NCBI GenBank assembly: GCA_951406725.2
Contig: OX597823.1
Location: forward strand, 46,066,001 to 46,130,000
Source: Octopus vulgaris
Taxonomy: Eukaryota
Direction: 5' to 3'
DNA: 64,000 nt
Of this stretch, positions 24,515 through 39,132 are shown in pieces. Both the position numbers and the translations under genes were made by a program. How positions within the stretch are numbered: the first letter of the stretch is position 1; the number at the start of each line of letters is the position of its first letter. The notes under the pieces were generated by a model, which searched no databases, was not told the DNA's origin, and saw nothing but the letters and a program-made list of their open reading frames with translations.

Positions 24515-25658
24515 CATAAATGCATGTGTATGTAGGAGTGTGTTCGTGTGTATTCATATATACATATGTACATACATGCATACACCAATATATGTGTGTG
24601 TGTAGGGAGAGATAGAGAAAGAGAGGGAGTGAGAGAAAGAGAGAGAGAGATGGAGAGAGATGGATAGAGAGAGAGAGGGAGAGAGAAATATACGAATATG
24701 TTTGAAGTTCTTTGATTTTATTTATATCGATTTCGAAGAGCTTTTACTGTACTTTTATGAATTTACCATGTAAAGTCCTTTCCATAATCATTGAAATGTA
24801 ACAATCAGTTGCAAAAAATAAAATGCTGCGGAGACGATAACGTAAACATTGTCATAAAACTAAAGTTATTTCCCGAATTTCAATAACGTGGGTTCTGGAA
24901 TTTCATTGTATTTATTGCTTGTGCAGACTTTCATCTTGTTGTTACAGCTGTTGCTGTTGTAATTTATTTAAATATATTGTAATGATACGAAATATATACT
25001 CTATAAATCTTAATGTTTTGGAATTTGATGGCACTTTTGCCTTATTCATTTTTTTTTTTTTTTTTTGTTTTTCTTGCATTTAAGTATAGGAATTTACTAA
25101 ACCATATATAATTCTTTTTAAGTTACTTTGCCCAAATTTCTTTTTCACAGTTATTTCGAGAATATATTTAAAGAATCACTTTTATACATCAACGTATATT
25201 TGTATAATATAAATTACAGAATTTTAACTTGACAAGGCATAAGGTTACAGACGAGCTGGAGTCAAGTAAAACGGTCGCCGTATACTACGAGTATTTATGT
25301 TATTGATATCATAGAAATGATAACTAAAGTTGCCTATGTTATACTAAAGCGCATAACACAATTTAACGAGATATGTTAACATATTCAGTCGGATGTTTTC
25401 CATATATCTAAAAATCAATTCCCTTATACTGGTATACGTTTTCATTAGTTTCTACGTAATATAACTTTAAATTAGGGAAGGAACGAACATAATGAATTGG
25501 TTGTAGCAAACTATCAGTATTTATTTTCTAAAATATGTTAGAATTACCATCTAAAACGAGTAAGATATTAACCTAATACAAATAATTTTTATATATTAAA
25601 TACTAAACGATATATTAAGACATCCATTCAAAAAGAGTCTGTAACAAAACCCACATAT

Positions 25659-25999
25659 TGTTAAACTGTGCAGATATTGTCATTTCAGGGAATGCAAAAG
25701 AAATGCGAGTAATGCTGAGTTTATAAATCTCAAAACTCTTAAGGTAGCTTGTTGCATATAAGAAATAATAACTATTCCTATAGATTAGATAGGATGATTT
25801 TCAGAATCTCATAGTTTAGTATTTCCTAAATTTGATGAATTTAGAAGTGTGTCTACTATAGTTGGATCATTAATACTTGTAATATATTTCATATTTTGTT
25901 GCCATATTTTGCTTAAATAAGGTTGTGTTGTGTGGACACCTCCAGGCGATGAAGTAGGCTAGCCTAATACGTAGATATAGAGGGAAAAACCTAGACGTC

Positions 26000-26039
<40 letters not shown>

Positions 26040-26520
26040 AGTCAGAGTAGTAGACTACAGCAGAGTAGAGTGGATTAAAGTTGAGTAGTAGAGGCATCAG
26101 GCCGTGCGACATAACAGGTTGAAATCTAGGAAACGGTTGAGCTCATGGTCTTTGAAGGTCTTTCAAGCTAGTGATACTGATATTGTCAAAGTTTCACCTA
26201 AATTCTTGGAAGTTTATTCTAACAGAAAAAAAAATGATTGCAGCATAAGTAGTGGATGTAGTGGTTAGTGCGGGGTGAGTAAGAGACATGACATGGGTGA
26301 TGAAAAGATTAGTGGTGGGTGAGTCAGAAGTGTCTAAATGAAGGGATACGGCTGCAGTAGAGAGAAGGGACATTGGTCGGTGTAGCTAGAGTAGAAATGG
26401 TATAAGGTATGAGCGGACCAGAGATTGGCATGTAGTTATGAGCGACTTCCCGCCAATCATTTGGATAACTTTTTGCCTTCTAGGATGTTTGCGTCGCTAA
26501 TAGAAGCACCACCGAAGATG
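25659..26520 (-). mobile_element. Decayed repeat, copy 2 of the 21.6 kb element
   Basis: Colinear blocks, e.g. ttaaactgtgcagatattgtc, ataaatctcaaaa, gtcaaagtttcac, gatgaaaagattagtgg, agattggcatgtagtt. Confidence 0.6.
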
Positions 26521-27391
26521 TGTTTAGAGATTACTTGTTTAGAGAGTACGTGGCACAAAGTTTCATATCAATGCTGAGATAACTAAAAATAAATCAACTT
26601 GGCTGAAATTTGACCATGCGTTTATTTAATAACGAACCACGAATAATCTCTACCACTCAGACAGTCACACACACCAAATCCACAGAGATTTGTAAATGCC
26701 TTTGTAAGCGATTAGTTAATTGTTTTCTACCAGGAATAATGACAAACTCACAATGCACCCTGACTTCTATTCAGGCATTGTTATCTTGACGCCGTTTATC
26801 TGAATAAAAGACACCATGGTAACACTGGAACGCTTCGTATTAAATACAGGTCAGCTGGTGTAGAAGAAACAAGGGTTTAAACACCACCAACAGCATCATT
26901 ATAACAAGTGGATGATTTAAAATGAGCTAGGAATACAACAATCGAAATCATTAAGAGAAAGCCTGCAAGGAAAGAAAATATTATGCCAACTACAGACAAG
27001 GAGGAATATTCAAAGAATGCACATCTTTGTAATGGACGTTCTTGTATATTACTGCACAATCTTAAAGTACAGCTAACATACATTACAGTAAGCACATAGT
27101 TATGTGTACATTTAAGTGAATCGTATCATCAAAACAGATTTCGATATTAAAATACTTTTTGCTGATTTATCAGAAAGGAGATAATACGGCTGCAAAAGTT
27201 AATGCAATCTGCTTGTCAAATGAATAAACTTTAATATATTACGAAAATTTGCTTATTAATTTCCTAAAGTCCGTTTCTTTAAGAAAACATAAATAGTTTT
27301 AACGTGTATATCTTTTTCCCCTTTAAATCATGAAACATACTCACAATATACTTTACTTGAAGAAATTTTTAAAGTTTACATACATGGTAAG

Positions 27392-27441
<50 letters not shown>

Positions 27442-27695
27442 TTATATTAGGAGGCTGGGTCAGAGTGCAAAATTCGATATCTTTTAGTAGAATTATCTAA
27501 ATATAGGGACGGAATTTCTCTTACGGCGTCATCTATGAGTCGTAATTTTGAGTCAAACGAATGTTTCACGCGCTGTTTCGTTCATCATTAGACTTTAAAA
27601 TACTTTTTTTGCTTACTCGAAACTAGAATGAGCAGAAAAACAATTTATGTTAGATATAATTATTTTTGTTGCTCTTTGGCGATTTAGCAATCAAT

Positions 27696-27699
<4 letters not shown>

Positions 27700-27750
<51 letters not shown>

Positions 27751-27757
27751 AGACACA

Positions 27758-27791
<34 letters not shown>

Positions 27792-27904
27792 GGCACATAC
27801 ACAGACATACTAGCATATACAGAGAATACGATAGATACATGTATAGATAGATAGACAGACAGACAGATAGATAGATAAATAGATAGACAGACAGACGGAC
27901 AGGC

Positions 27905-27976
<72 letters not shown>

Positions 27977-28120
27977 GGATGGAGGGATGGATGGATGGAT
28001 GGATGGATGGATGGATGGATGGATGGATGGATGATTGATGGATGGATGAATGGATGGATGGATGGATGGATGGATGGATGGATGGATGGATAGATAGATA
28101 GATGGATAGATAGATAGACA
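27700..28120. repeat. (CA)n, (GATA)n and (GGAT)n microsatellite cluster
   Basis: Direct inspection. Confidence 0.95.
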
Positions 28121-28595
28121 GACATACTTACAGAGAGAAGGGGAATCACAGAGAGGGCAATGAGAGAGAGATGCATAGAAAGAGGGGGTGGGAAAGTGGG
28201 AGGCAGAGTAAGAGACAAGCAGAGAGAGTGGGAGAGAAGGAGAGACAAGATGAGAGAGAGGTGGGGAGAGGGATATAGGGGTGGGAGAGAGGGGGAAAGA
28301 GAAGGGGCAGGGTTAACCGTTTCGGATAGACAGGTAGTACATATACAGTTCGACGGTCTGGGAGCTGTCTGTCTGTCTATCTATCTGGGAGCTGACAAGA
28401 AAATTTTAAGCTGCAAAAGAAATGAAGCAGAGACGGAACACTATCTATTTAGAGGAGTCTTTCAAACCAATTTTATATTGAATATAACTAAACATTGTCA
28501 TTAATATAGCGATAAAGAAACACCCGTCTACTCAAATATATATGGAAAATTGCTATATATACAGTTAACTGAAAATAGGATATAGCATCCATGAC

Positions 28596-28639
<44 letters not shown>

Positions 28640-28972
28640 TTTACATATACTGTTGTATTTCGGGATGTTCCAACACACCATTTCACATCGGGAATCTTGC
28701 AAAACGAATTGATAAACGTATTTACATATTATATATATATATATATATATAGACCTCTCTAATTATATATATTCCTAGACAAGATGCTGAGTTATGAAAA
28801 TACGAAAGAAATAATTCGACAGATATAGAAACATATAATAATCCACATATAGTGTATTTGTATCCTCATCCTTATATATATATGTATGTGTGTGTGTATA
28901 TACGTATGTATATATAGATGCATGTATGTATATATATATATATATATGTATATATAAATATATGTATGTACG

Positions 28973-29003
<31 letters not shown>

Positions 29004-29076
29004 ATATATATATATATATATATACATACACACATTTTAAAAAATTTTATGTAAATTTATATATGTGTATATATAT

Positions 29077-29223
29077 CTCCTTGTTTCTTTCTGTGTTCCT
29101 TTCTGTGGGAGAGCGTAGGCTCGAAACGTAAATGAAATTTTCAATTCCCAAGCGTTATACTAATACATCTGTTTATTTTCTACACCGCCTGTCATCGTCT
29201 TTTGTTTTTTCGTGAATTCTCCC
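29077..29223 (+). mobile_element. (TA)n-embedded short repeat with hammerhead-like motif
   Basis: cttt-CTGTGGG-a-gagc-gtag-gctc-GAAA-cgta-aatg; homologous to 33189-33375; followed by (TA)n 29224-29340. Confidence 0.75.
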
Positions 29224-29229
29224 TATATA

Positions 29230-29342
<113 letters not shown>

Positions 29343-29645
29343 CAATAAGAAAATGTAGGACATTCGGCGAAAGCGACTGCACCTGTGGAGCGCGAAGAAC
29401 TGGATTCTTCACCGAATTTATTACTTGCGAACTTCCACCTCTCTCCCTCAAAATCAAAATACAGCTCATAGGTTGCCGTTTTAGCAGGGTTGTTGAGATA
29501 GATCCAGAGCGAATCGCAGAAGGTCCTCGACTTGCTTCTTGTGATGAAATGGCCTTTGAAAGATCGTGGAAACAACTATGAAAAAAAAAAAAGTGAGCAA
29601 CTTGTTTTCTGTATTTATTTCAACTGATAAATATATATATATATA

Positions 29646-29899
29646 AACATGTCCCTGTTACCAAAGACTGTATATATACATGTAATGTGGCAATTATGTA
29701 AATTTTTTGAATTCATAATATTCTGTACTGAACTTTTTTTGATATTTCCTCCTGGAAATTACCCTGAGATGTATAATATATTTGTTTTAATCTTTTCTGC
29801 CCATTTTTTCAAATATTCTCATCATACTGTTGTACTTTTTTATGTCCTTAACATGTCCCTGTTAACAAAGACTGTATATATACATGTAATGTGGCAATT
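29646..29899. repeat. 50-bp direct repeat (29646-29695 and 29850-29899)
   Basis: aacatgtccctgtta(c/a)caaagactgtatatatacatgtaatgtggcaatt, one mismatch. Confidence 0.9.
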
Positions 29900-30021
29900 T
29901 GCAACAACCAATAATTAACGCAACCAAACTTCCATATGTTACTTTTGACAATCTTTTTCCAAAGAGTGAAACCGATTAAGTAAATAAACATCTTTTAAAT
30001 TGCATTTTCAAACCTTCTTTC

Positions 30022-30082
<61 letters not shown>

Positions 30083-30341
30083 GTTGAAACACTCTTGCCG
30101 CAACCTGGGACCTTGAAGACTGCTTAAATCCAAGAAAGTAAACTAGTCCCTTAATATTTTATATTCAATATTTCATGTGTTCAATAAGACAATCAATACT
30201 TCATTTCATTTTACTATATATACTATTTATACTATATATTCTATGTTCTACATTAATATTATAAAGAATATAAATAAAACATTAAAAAAACAGACAAAAA
30301 GCAGAGTTGGAATTTCTTTGAATATATATATATATATATAT

Positions 30342-30599
30342 ATCACCGTCACCGTGACCGACCAGTCTATCAAATGTTGCTACACATCGCTAGTCACAAT
30401 GCGCTTCGCATTGTTTTAGCCTTCAAATGACGCCACCCCGCTGGCTAAGTGAGCAGGCCAACAGAGGAAAGAGTGAGAGAAAGTTGTGGCGAAAGAGTAC
30501 AGCGTGGAGCTATAGGTGTTTTCGCTCAATAAAGGGAATCGAAGCCGCGATCCTACGACCGCGAGTCCGCTGCCCTAACCACTGGGCCATTGCGCCTCC
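30342..30599 (-). mobile_element. SINE family C (head type 1, tail X), internally deleted
   Basis: Reverse complement of 32857-33146; tRNA-Arg-like head ggaggcgcaatggcccagtggttagggcagcggactcgcggtcg. Confidence 0.9.
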
Positions 30600-31041
30600 A
30601 CATATCACCCCCATATATATATATATGCAGTACATATTCAAGCAGATGTACACACACATATATGCATGTATGTAATGGATGTATATATATATATATATAT
30701 ATTATATGTGTGTGCGTCATTGTTTGTAAATATAGTGTTATAATGATGTGTATTGGAAGACCAGAAGACTATTTAAAGGTTTGTTCTCAGTATAATGTTG
30801 CATAAGGCAGTCCTGTACTCATTGGAGTTAAACATATATCATCAAAACTCCAGATGGGTTAGCGTGCAAATTTTGTCACAATATAATAATGATAAATACA
30901 TGTAGTGTAATTGGTATTTTAAACTTTATAAAACAGAAATGTTGCACAAGATAACTGTCATTGTTTCGCAAGGCAATTACCCAGATATCGTGATATAATC
31001 TGTTCATCTCTTCAACAAAGCGTGGCAGAATATTTGCCATA

Positions 31042-31610
<569 letters not shown>

Positions 31611-32784
31611 AATGACTTGTGTGAGAATCCCCAGTACATATTCATGCAAATGCGCATGTACCCTCATACACTCTCGCAACTGCACACATATACTCAGTAG
31701 AGAGGAGGTTAATACGCAGAAATAACACAATAACAACAGCGCACACACACACACACACACACACGTCTGTTTTGCCCTTGATAATGTGTGTTTTTTGTCT
31801 TGTGGTCATTTAGCAAATTTACTTAATTGAAGTATAACTAGTACGACTGTGACGCTTTCTTTTGTCATGTTAACATCGCAGTTGATTTCAATTCAGTGTT
31901 GCTATGGTTATATAGATATATCGTTTTAATCACGTTTAGCATATCATTTTTTGGGTGTGTGCATGGGTATCGGTGTAAAGAAAAAGCTCTTTGTCAAAGG
32001 TTATAAACCATTTGATGTGTTAGTCCTCACAAAAACGCTTTACTCTCTGTATTCTCCTATGACAAAATCAATAAGATGGTTAATATTTAGAATGGCTCGA
32101 TATTTAAAGGATATATTCCTGAATGACTAGAAAATAAAATACATTGTTGAAGGAACTGATTTGAATAAAGTTTGATTAAAGAACGGGTAACGATCGATAA
32201 AAAACATGGACGTTAGAATGAAATTTGGAGAGTATTTTTAAGTGATTGATGGTAACGATACAGTGTTTAAGTTCCATATTGCCATCAGTTTAACAATATT
32301 TTTGTCCGTAAACCATTATGGTTCTGTAATGAAATTATAGTGACTATCCATAATATAAATTCCAAATCTGTGAAATTGAACCAAGACACGCGAAGTTCAT
32401 ATGAAGATGTATAATGCTGTATCATGGAAGGCCCATGTGCAATATTTACAAAATAATTGCAATATTATAATCCACAGCATATTTAAATGACTACAGTTTT
32501 TAAAAAATAGTTTTGTGATATGAGCACCGAAACAAAATGTATTAGTGTGATTATAATGCCACAAGATAAGGTTTTGCCTCATTGAACCAATACAAACTAA
32601 TTTGTATTTAATTATATTATTAAACGATGGATCGTTCATCAGTCTGAGTAATGAGTATTCAGTTGTTTACATCTCTACACACGAATGTAAATGGGTGAAT
32701 ATTCCTTAGATCTATGCACACCTGACGCAATAGGTAGTGTGAATCAATGTGGCACAACTTAACAAGGTTGTGGCTTTGAATTGC

Positions 32785-32856
<72 letters not shown>

Positions 32857-32858
<2 letters not shown>

Positions 32859-33141
32859 AGGCGCAATGGCCCAGTGGTTAGGGCAGCGGATTCGCGGTCA
32901 TAGGATCACGGTTGTGAGTGTTTATTGAGCTAAAACACCTAAAGCTCCACGAGGCTCCGGCAGGGGGTGGTGGCGATCCCTGCTGTACTCTTTCGTTACA
33001 TCTTTCTCTCACTCTTTCTTCTGTTGGCCTGCTCGCTTAGCCAGCGGGGTGGCGTCATTTGAAGGCTAAAACAATGCGAAACGCATTGTGGCCAGCGATG
33101 TGTAGCAACATCTGATAGCCTGGTCGGTCACGGTGATCACG

Positions 33142-33146
<5 letters not shown>
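32857..33146 (+). mobile_element. SINE family C (head type 1, tail X)
   Basis: ggaggcgcaatggcccagtggttagggcagcgg...ggcgtcatttgaaggctaaaacaatgcg...gtcacggtgatcacggtgat. Confidence 0.9.
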
Positions 33147-33469
<323 letters not shown>

Positions 33470-34857
33470 TATAAATATATACATGCATACATACATACAT
33501 ACATACATACAAGTAGAAAAGAGAAGGAAGTGAAGAGATAAAGAGAATAATGATCAACTACTGTACTAGACTGATACTTTATATATCAACCACGAATGGA
33601 TGAAAAGCAAAGGCGATCTGCTTGTGTGAGCTGTGAACCCAGAATGCAAACCATTGGACAAATGCAGCAAGGTATTCAATCCGCCACTCATTGATACCGT
33701 CATTTATTTGTGAAAGAGAAGCATCAGTAATCGGAGTAACTAGAGACATTGGTAATGAAGATGTCAGCAAGATTATAATTGTTTCACTCAGTATATTCTG
33801 AAAACGTATTTCGCATTGCAATTATTGTTTTTGCAACAGTTGTGAGAACGAAAGCAATTACGCCAGAGATGGGTGACATCAAATTATGTTGTTGATAATG
33901 GTAAATGCTACAACAAATAAGACAATGATGATGATCGTGATGGAGATAATGAGAAGGATGATGATGAGGGTGAGTAGGGTGGTGGTGATGGAGGTGGTGT
34001 CGGCGGTGGTGATGATGAGACGCCAATGACGAAGACGTTGATAATCTTTAGGAGAGCATAGATAAACCTGGCGAATCGAGTCAAAACCGATGATGACGTC
34101 ATCGTTATTATGCAATGCACTGAATAATCATTTGTCGCAGATGAATAAAAGATACATCTAACTCTTGTGCAACTAGCGATAATTTAATGAAAATGTAGAT
34201 TAAATGAGTAACTGTCATCAATAGTGACGTGATTTCACATAGCATAGCTACATTGGTGAAAGTTCGTCTTAATACATTAAATGAATGATAAATGCTAGAC
34301 AAACTGTCTTTGAAGAATCCAAAATAAATTTTTCGGCATTCCAGTGACTGGAGACAATTGAAATAGACTGCAATTGATAGAAATGTCATAGTAATCTTTT
34401 TAATTTGATATTCACAGAGTTTAATGTCAGCGTTCCTATCTAAATCAGTAGTAGATTCTTTGCACCCCAGAACTTGGAATTCAATGCTTATAATGATTCT
34501 CTACCTTTTAACAAATGTAATTATATACTGTAAATAAGTAAGAATGGATTCCGTTCTTTCTCTAATGCTTGCTCATTTTACACCACGTTCAATCATGTTG
34601 CTTTCATAGCTAATGATTTTAAAGGAGAAATTTTAATTGTAGCGGTTTCAACAAAATTGTTTAGGGATGATGTGAGTGCAAAGATTCTGTGTTGGGTACA
34701 TTGATATATTAAATAAGACACCAAGTACAATAATATTAGATGTTAAGTACAGTAATATTGAACGTTATGACACCGAAGGCGAAATTATTATACTAGTATC
34801 AGTGGTTAAAGATTATATGGTAGCAAGCAGTTTGTGTACAATGATCGGTGCTGTAAT

Positions 34858-35065
34858 GATTTCAAATTTTGGCACAAGGTCAGCAATTTTATGGGTTGAG
34901 ATAAGTCGATTACATCGACTACAGAGTTCAACTGGTACTTATTTTATCGACTTCGGAATGGTAAAAACAAAGTCGACGTCAGCAGTATTGCAACTAACGA
35001 CGCAAATACAGACGAAATGCCGCTAAGTATTTTGTCTGACGTGCTACCATTCTGTTACCTCACTG
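34858..35065 (-). mobile_element. SINE family B, diverged
   Basis: ttcaaattttggcacaaggtcagc...actggtacttattttatcgac...gacgaaatgccgctaagtattttg. Confidence 0.75.
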
Positions 35066-35070
35066 TCTTG

Positions 35071-35270
<200 letters not shown>

Positions 35271-35284
35271 TTAATAGACAATTC

Positions 35285-35602
35285 GAAGAGCGCATTGCGA
35301 TTGCCGTAGATATTTTATTGGTTGAGCGATATTTCGACGGCAAGCCTGTCTTTGTCGAGTTCAAAATAAGGTGATAAACATTCAAAATTATAGAAATTCA
35401 AATCTAAAACCAGCGTCCAAGATTTTACGGTCTGAAAGAAGAACGCCTTTATTTTATGGTCTCCCTAAAATACACAAAACGTTCGAAAGATTTTCGCCAA
35501 TGCGATCAATTTGTAGCAGATATGGATGCTGTACAGACAAGATTTCGGAATGACTGTATGGCTTCCTACTCCCTGTTTCGAAACGATCATGTTCCTATAT
35601 TC
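35285..35602 (+). mobile_element. Penelope-like element RT fragment
   Basis: RTPLFYGLPKIHKTFERFSPMRSICS...TDKISE*L..FLLP: hallmark PLE FYGLPKIHK and P.R.I.S motifs; runs into the gap. Confidence 0.85.
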
Positions 35603-35702
35603 NNNNNNNNNNNNNNNNNNNNNNNNNNNNNNNNNNNNNNNNNNNNNNNNNNNNNNNNNNNNNNNNNNNNNNNNNNNNNNNNNNNNNNNNNNNNNNNNNN
35701 NN
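35603..35702. other. Assembly gap (100 N)
   Basis: N run. Confidence 1.
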
Positions 35703-35906
35703 ACATACAACGAAATCAACTCCTCCGCTGCGTCTTAAAGTCACCTTACACTGTGGAATCGCGTGTCTTATGAACACATATCGCTTGAAAGGAAGAGGTG
35801 ATCTCCAATGCCACAAAACAACAACTATCTGATACGAAAGTTCGAATCTATCAGAACTTACATTATTTATAATGGACTGATAAGTGTCCACATCTTGTTT
35901 GTTCTT

Positions 35907-35951
35907 ACCACAACGTTTCGGTTGATGTACTCTCCAGCCTTCATCAGGTGT
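35907..35951 (-). ncRNA. Minimal type I hammerhead ribozyme (PLE type)
   Basis: cac-CTGATGA-a-ggctg-gagagtacat-caacc-GAAA-cgtt-gtg: canonical core, stem I cac/gtg, stem II with one mismatch, palindromic AACGTT at stem III. Confidence 0.75.
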
Positions 35952-36240
35952 TCTGTTAGAATTTCGAAACCAACCCTTTATTTGACTAATGAGGTACACT
36001 ATATTTCAAGACTTGAAAAATAATATCAACAGAGAAATAACGTCAGTAACATACCTTAGGAATGAGAACAGTGTACCCAATTAGTCAAATAAAGGTGTGG
36101 GTTCGAAATCAAGGCATTTTTGGTGGAATTGTTCTAACATGTTGAAATATCTTTCATAACATGACCATGTTTCAGAAGAATACATTTGGGATAAGGCAAA
36201 CGATTTGTTAAGAGCCAATTTATGTATGTGTATATATATA

Positions 36241-36304
<64 letters not shown>

Positions 36305-36305
<1 letters not shown>

Positions 36306-36480
36306 GTGCGTGGCTTAGTGGTTAGGGTGCCAGCACCATGATGATAAGATTGCGGTTTCGATTCCTGGACCGGTCAACGCGTTGTTCTTGAGCGAAACAC
36401 TTCATTTCACGTTGCTCTAGTCCACTCAGCTGGCAAAAATGAGTAACGCTGCAATGGATTAGCGTCCCGTCCAGATGGGT
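36305..36480 (+). mobile_element. SINE family C (head type 2), short
   Basis: ggtgcgtggcttagtggttaggg...ggtttcgattcc...cttgagcgaaacacttcatttcacgttgctctagtccactcagctggcaaaaatgagta. Confidence 0.8.
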
Positions 36481-36597
36481 AGGTTTTAAAAAAGGGCTCA
36501 TTTATTATATATATATATATATATATATACATGCATACATATATATATTTGAATATATATATAGAGAGAGATACACACATGATACATACATACATAC

Positions 36598-36646
<49 letters not shown>

Positions 36647-36713
36647 GTATGTATGTATATATGTATGTATGCCTGTATGTATGTATGTATGTATGTATGT
36701 ATGCATGTGTATA

Positions 36714-36749
<36 letters not shown>

Positions 36750-36882
36750 CATATATGTATGCATGTATATGTATATGCTCCGTAGCGCGATGTGTTTGTA
36801 TAATATGTAGTAAATATGGAGTGCTGTGTGTGTAAATTCCTATGTTGATCTTTGGTACTTCTGCTGATTTTAACCATCACAG

Positions 36883-36962
36883 CTGAGGTTATATTTGAGC
36901 ACCGATTGTATTTATTGAAAGATGGACAGATAATAAGGAAACTTCCCTTTCGCGTTGATAAA
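36883..36962 (+). CDS. Candidate 80-bp internal coding exon of an unidentified host gene
   Basis: cacAG| acceptor, |GTAAGC donor, open frame [26 protein letters not shown] in a non-repetitive island; no homolog recognised. Confidence 0.25.
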
Positions 36963-37507
36963 GTAAGCTTATATGTCTGAGGCGACATCATTGATCCTAT
37001 ATAAGAAGACTATGATAATATTGGTTTCTCTAATACGGTTGCTTCTGGAAAAGAAAAAAAAGATAACAGGAAAGGAAAGGAAAGGAAATAGTAGAAAAAT
37101 ATTCCAATAAAGAATATATGCATGAAAAGAATCCCACGATGCTTGAAGTAGACATAAAAATAGGCATAAAAATAACAAGACCGATGAAGAGTGAAAAATA
37201 AATATTAAATATTTTTGCGCATTTAAATATATTCCTGCGTCCGTTGTATGTGTGTACGTATGTGTATGTATATGTATGTATGTATATATATATATATGTA
37301 TATATATGTATATATATATGTATATATATATATACATATGTATACATATATGATTTTGTGTGCGCCGCTGTGCGTATATAGATATATAGGTCTGTATCTG
37401 TGTATATCATGCATGTGTACACATATACGCACACACACGCACGTGACTCGCACGCGCGCACGCACACATATACATATCTATAACTATATATATGTATGAT
37501 ATGTGTG

Positions 37508-37544
<37 letters not shown>

Positions 37545-37700
37545 ATGTGTGTGTTTGTGCGTATGTATGTATATAGACATACTTATATGCCTGTATTTAT
37601 ATATTCGTGAATTTGTATGTGTGTGAATTGTACGCATTTAATGCACACACACACACACACAAGATTGATACATATATACATTCACATATATATATATATA

Positions 37701-37900
37701 CTCTTTCACTCTTTTACTTGTTTCAGTCACTTTAAAGCACCGCTTTAGTCGAGCAAATACCCCAGGACTTATTCATTGTAAGCCTGGTACTTATTCTATC
37801 GGTTTCTTTGCCGAACCGCCAAGTTGGGGGCGTAAATACACCAGCATCGGTTGTCATAATGTTGGGGGAAAACACAGACACACACACACACACACACACA

Positions 37901-37933
<33 letters not shown>

Positions 37934-38106
37934 TACATATATACATATATACGACGAGCTTCTTTCAATTCGGGCTTCACTCACAATGCTCTGGTCGACC
38001 CGAGGCTATAGTAGAAGACACTTGCCTAAGGTTCCACGCAGTGGGAGTGAACCCGGAACCATGTGGTTCGTAAGCAAGTTACTTACCACACAGCTGCTCC
38101 AACGCC
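37701..38106 (-). mobile_element. SINE family A, near full length with internal microsatellite
   Basis: Reverse complement of 20275-20704; internal (CA)n(TA)n ~37873-37950. Confidence 0.9.
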
Positions 38107-38371
38107 TATATATATATATAGATAGTAGAAATATGTTATAAAAAGAAAATATAAAATACACGTGGAAATGTAAGGGTAAAACATGAAAAATCAACGAAAA
38201 TGCACATTGCAAATAAAAAAAAGTCTATTTATGACAGGTAACGACAAATATATACATTTAGATTGACTGGGGTAGTAATACGAGTCATAAAGTCATTATT
38301 ATGAGATGATTATAAGATGATAATAAAGTAAGAGAACAAAACGGACCATGGTTTACGCAAAGCTATTCATC

Positions 38372-38415
<44 letters not shown>

Positions 38416-39095
38416 GTATTTATGTCTTTTCGTAGTAAATATCTTCCTTTTTGTTTTCTCTATATCTCGATAACACTTCTATTTCATTTTTTCACGCATC
38501 TAACTTTAGCCCTATAGCTACTATGAAATTTGTATAGTGAGCTTGACTTTTTCACTCCTGTTCATAGGAACCTCTGTTGTGTACAACAAGGATGTGTTGA
38601 AATCCATAATTCTTTTTAATAGTAAACTTAGTGGACTTAACCTCTTACTAAACGATCACAATAACTTGGCAAATTAATTAGTATAATTTTATATGAGAGT
38701 ATAGCATAACATTACAAGAAAATCCGTATAGACAATTCCTAAGAATTTACGAAATACTTGCAAAAGGCCTGAAGCATTTTAATTCTGATCTCTTATCTCT
38801 TGTTGAGAAGTCAATGAATTGGGGCTTTAAAACGGTTACAGCAATCGACATTATGTTATTGATTTACCGATCTGCTCATGTGACAGATGTCTGTCATCTT
38901 GGAGACTTTCACGGTATTTTTTATCTACAAATCAATAAAGTATGATCTAGCTTAACAAAAATATTGGAAAGTTTTCTGATCCGTTTGAATATATATCATT
39001 TTCTTAAAACAGGAAGAGCGTTTGAGACTATTTGTGGAAATACAGAATACACTATATGTATTATTTTCATTAATAGTTTAAAAGTTGTTATATCC

Positions 39096-39132
<37 letters not shown>

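Noticed and set aside
32857-32935. tRNA-Arg gene (also 53934, 42690, 30530)
   Set aside because: tRNA-like heads continue into SINE bodies and lack an intact cloverleaf.
33784-34120. His-rich and Pro/Ser-rich ORFs
   Set aside because: Degenerate (GAT)/(GGT) low-complexity tract.
35456-35999. ORFs spanning X runs
   Set aside because: Artefacts of the N gap.
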